Source of the DNA: an uncultured Gammaproteobacteria bacterium
GTDB taxonomy: Bacteria > Patescibacteriota > Microgenomatia > UBA8517
Assembly (NCBI GenBank): GCA_964395115.1
Contig: CAYMZX010000013.1
Span: forward strand, 1 to 55,165
Reading direction: 5' to 3'
Length of the DNA stretch: 55,165 nucleotides
Position 1 is the first letter of the stretch. Every line of letters begins with the position of its first letter. The position numbers and the translations under genes were made by a program. Positions 53,402 through 55,165 of this stretch are shown piece by piece. The notes beneath the pieces were generated by a model. That model was not told the origin of the DNA and ran no database searches. It worked only from the letters and a program-made list of their open reading frames with translations.

Positions 53402-53408
53402 GAGTTTG

Positions 53409-53513
53409 CGAGACTGTGTTTAAGGAAGAAGGTGGAATTCCTTCGCTGTGCCGCAACCGTAATTACCCACAAAATGGGGTAAAGCCGGAAAACTAACAGC
53501 CTCGAAGTATTCC
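53409..53513 (+). promoter_or_regulatory. Cobalamin riboswitch (compact, AdoCbl-variant / class II-like)
   Basis: P1 CGAGACTG / CAGCCTCG. Core AAGGAAG-GAAGG(TGGAATT)CCTTC-GCTGTGCCGCAACCGTAA. Hairpin TTACCC/GGGTAA. B12-box-like AAGCCGGAAAAC. Downstream ATTCC (53509-53513) is complementary to loop GGAAT and sits next to the SD AGGA. Confidence 0.75.
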
Positions 53514-53524
53514 GAGCAGGAAAA

Positions 53525-54349
53525 ATGTCAATTGAGCAAAATTTAGAGACTGCTGTTAGTTTTATTCAAACTTGGAGAGAAAAACCGGGTCGAATTCTCA
53601 CGGAACTTATTTCCCTTCATAATGAAACGAACAGGAAGCCGGACCGCTATCTATTAGAGATTATAAACGGCGAATTGATAGACCCCCTGACCCGAAGGCC
53701 GGTCAAGGAATTTATCGATACAACCTCTTATTTGGGTAAAATTGAAGCCGATATCGCCGTCGAGTTGGGAAAGCGGGGCGAAAAAAACGAAGGCGAACTG
53801 GCCGTCTGGATAACTCCTCCCTACCCCGGTATCTATCCTTCCTCAAAAATTATCATCCACAGACTGGTTTTTACCGGGGAAGGTAGAAAAGTCTGGGATA
53901 GCGTGGCAGTTCTTTTTGAAGCCGAGGAAAAAGAAATATTAAACCTAATCCCAGATCCAAAAATAAAAACCCTTGAAGACTTAAGGAAAAAATTATTTGT
54001 ATTTAAGAATGGCGAGGAAGCTCTCTTTAAAATTCAGTCGAAACTGGAAACATGTCTGACCCGGTGCTCAAGTGAAGAAGAAGAACTATTTCTTCGGGCA
54101 AAATACTTTAGACAAATGATAATGAGCAACGTCTCTCCTTTCTTAATCGCCAAAGCAATGGGAAAGGTTGGTTTTTTGGGAGTACACGCTATCAGCTGCG
54201 GCCCAACATTCTCGCAGTTATTTACTCCAGTCTCTATTACTGAGGGGAAATTTGTGGTCAAGTGCGGGAATTGCGGGGCGCCTATAAACGCCGTTATTTC
54301 GAAAGGCTATCTCTGTCCAAATTGTGGTGGAATTTATGAGGGTTGCTAG
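53525..54349 (+). CDS. Uncharacterised 274-aa cytoplasmic protein with C-terminal Cys-rich zinc-ribbon tail; cobalamin-riboswitch controlled
   Basis: Long ORF with SD AGGA. No signal peptide or TM segment. Ends KCGNCGAPINAVISKGYLCPNCGGIYEGC. No family recognised by eye. Confidence 0.7.
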   Translation: MSIEQNLETAVSFIQTWREKPGRILTELISLHNETNRKPDRYLLEIINGELIDPLTRRPVKEFIDTTSYLGKIEADIAVELGKRGEKNEGELAVWITPPYPGIYPSSKIIIHRLVFTGEGRKVWDSVAVLFEAEEKEILNLIPDPKIKTLEDLRKKLFVFKNGEEALFKIQSKLETCLTRCSSEEEELFLRAKYFRQMIMSNVSPFLIAKAMGKVGFLGVHAISCGPTFSQLFTPVSITEGKFVVKCGNCGAPINAVISKGYLCPNCGGIYEGC

Positions 54350-54353
54350 TGTT

Positions 54354-54381
54354 TTGAGCGTAGGGCGTAAGATGATATAAT
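54354..54381 (+). promoter_or_regulatory. Promoter of tRNA-Asn
   Basis: TTGAGC (54354-54359), 16 nt spacer, TATAAT (54376-54381). It lies 10 nt upstream of the tRNA. Confidence 0.5.
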
Positions 54382-54391
54382 TTCGTTATAT

Positions 54392-54466
54392 TCCGGTGTA
54401 GCTCAGCGGTAGAGCGGGTCCCTGTTAAGGACAAGGTCGGAGGTTCGAATCCTCCCGCCGGAGCCA
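54392..54466 (+). tRNA. tRNA-Asn (anticodon GUU), CCA encoded
   Basis: TCCGGTG-TA-GCTC-AGCGGTA-GAGC-G-GGTCC-CTGTTAA-GGACA-AGGTC-GGAGG-TTCGAAT-CCTCC-CGCCGGA-G-CCA. U1-A72 and G73, as in bacterial tRNA-Asn. Confidence 0.9.
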
Positions 54467-55165
54467 GGCTTGACGAGAGGCGTAAAAAGCTATCTTGTCA
54501 AAGGGATTTATCCAGTCGTATTGGGCTTTTTTGCCTTCAAGCCGTAAGTTCTGAAGTACCATCTTCAAAAGTAGCCGTTTTTCGTGGACTTCAGAACTTT
54601 CAAACAGTTTGCCTGCGTTAGAAGCCAGTTTTAGCAGGTATTCTGAGGTCAAATAGTATTCCTCATCGGCATAGTTTAGTTTGCCGATTTTCTTTGTAAT
54701 TTCTTTCTGTTTTGCCCGATACTCTTTTCGTTTTTCTTCATACTTGTCCTTAGTAATACTACCGAGCAGATAGTCATCATAGGCTTTCTCAATGCCTGTC
54801 TCATATTTTTGATGTTCAGTCTGATAGCGGTTTAGCAAGTCGTGGTAAAAATCTGATTTGTGTTTATGGTTGGTCTGTAGTGCTTCAATAATGTCGTCTA
54901 CGGCTTCTTGTGGCATTTGTAGCTTATCAAAGACGGCTGAAAACTGCTTAGTCAGGTCGTCCTCTGTCAGCCATTCAGCCCCGTGCTTGCCGTTGTATTG
55001 AGTGCAATGGTAATAGTGATAGGTCTTACCGCTTTTCTTAATTTTCCTTTCAGGGGTTATCAGACAACCACAATCGGCACATTTGATTAAACCTCGGTAT
55101 AAGAAGGGTAAACCAGCGTATTTGAAGTGTTTTTTATGGTGTCCTGCTTTAATCTCTTGGACTTT
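54425..55165 (-). CDS. Large serine recombinase, C-terminal part (5' end beyond the window); its 3' end reads antisense into tRNA-Asn
   Basis: The frame is open to the window edge. The upstream part translates to ...LPFLYRGLIKCADCGCLITPERKIKKSGKTYHYYHCTQYNG... (recombinase zinc beta-ribbon), followed by a long coiled-coil region. The last 14 codons are antisense to the tRNA. Confidence 0.75.
   Translation of the reverse strand, partial: KVQEIKAGHHKKHFKYAGLPFLYRGLIKCADCGCLITPERKIKKSGKTYHYYHCTQYNGKHGAEWLTEDDLTKQFSAVFDKLQMPQEAVDDIIEALQTNHKHKSDFYHDLLNRYQTEHQKYETGIEKAYDDYLLGSITKDKYEEKRKEYRAKQKEITKKIGKLNYADEEYYLTSEYLLKLASNAGKLFESSEVHEKRLLLKMVLQNLRLEGKKAQYDWINPFDKIAFYASRQAWLRREDSNLRPCP

Noticed and set aside
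1-55165. Alternative genetic code (UGA recoding, as in some CPR lineages) and CRISPR arrays.
   Set aside because: Long uninterrupted ORFs are obtained with the standard code, and TGA repeatedly serves as the stop in ATGA overlaps. I found no regularly spaced direct repeats anywhere in the window.

Overview
The window reads as a streamlined, gene-dense bacterial chromosome segment. I infer a Candidate Phyla Radiation / Patescibacteria-type organism from a divergent 16S 5' end, many short and overlapping genes, archaeal-type enzymes and a tRNA-Ile(UAU). Standard genetic code applies, because TGA is used as a stop in many ATGA overlaps.

I can support about 75 protein genes, roughly 85% on the minus strand. 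I also see the 5' ~320 nt of a 16S rRNA gene, seven tRNA genes, several sigma70-like promoters, one intrinsic terminator and one cobalamin riboswitch.

Functional blocks, left to right:
- 16S 5' end, a DUF5320/DUF134 pair and a tRNA-Glu/Lys/Gln cluster.
- A thiol-redox island: dsbA-like, trxB, a proline-rich ORF and trxA, divergent from a three-gene CxxC operon.
- Housekeeping and DNA-repair genes: acyP, MGMT-like, pth, pcm, EndoQ-like, ATP-dependent ligase, Fic, recF, fpg, 5'-3' exonuclease, ftsH, trpS.
- A tRNA / Xer-like recombinase / tRNA-Ile(UAU) / orphan VirD4-like ATPase region.
- An nrdR-nrdJ-nrdJ-pduO operon for B12-dependent ribonucleotide reduction.
- Envelope genes, including two tandem class A PBPs and a beta-lactamase-like hydrolase.
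- A ~10 kb, 13-gene co-directional sugar-phosphate cluster: cupredoxin, grx, tpiA, rpiB, pgk, gap, rpe, LOG, split tkt, class I fba, PfkB kinase, 2-hydroxyacid dehydrogenase.
- A cobalamin riboswitch controlling an uncharacterised 274-aa zinc-ribbon protein.
- tRNA-Asn abutted by a large serine recombinase, which probably marks the edge of an integrated element.

Best candidates for something new:
1. The riboswitch-controlled unknown protein, in a genome that clearly depends on scavenged B12.
2. The translationally coupled CPHC / CPLC-membrane / CC-tail triad next to trxA-trxB-dsbA.
3. The orphan T4CP-like ATPase with its coupled small ORF.
4. A lone HEPN-like Rx4H protein.

All family assignments come from motif recognition by eye. 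No searches were run.
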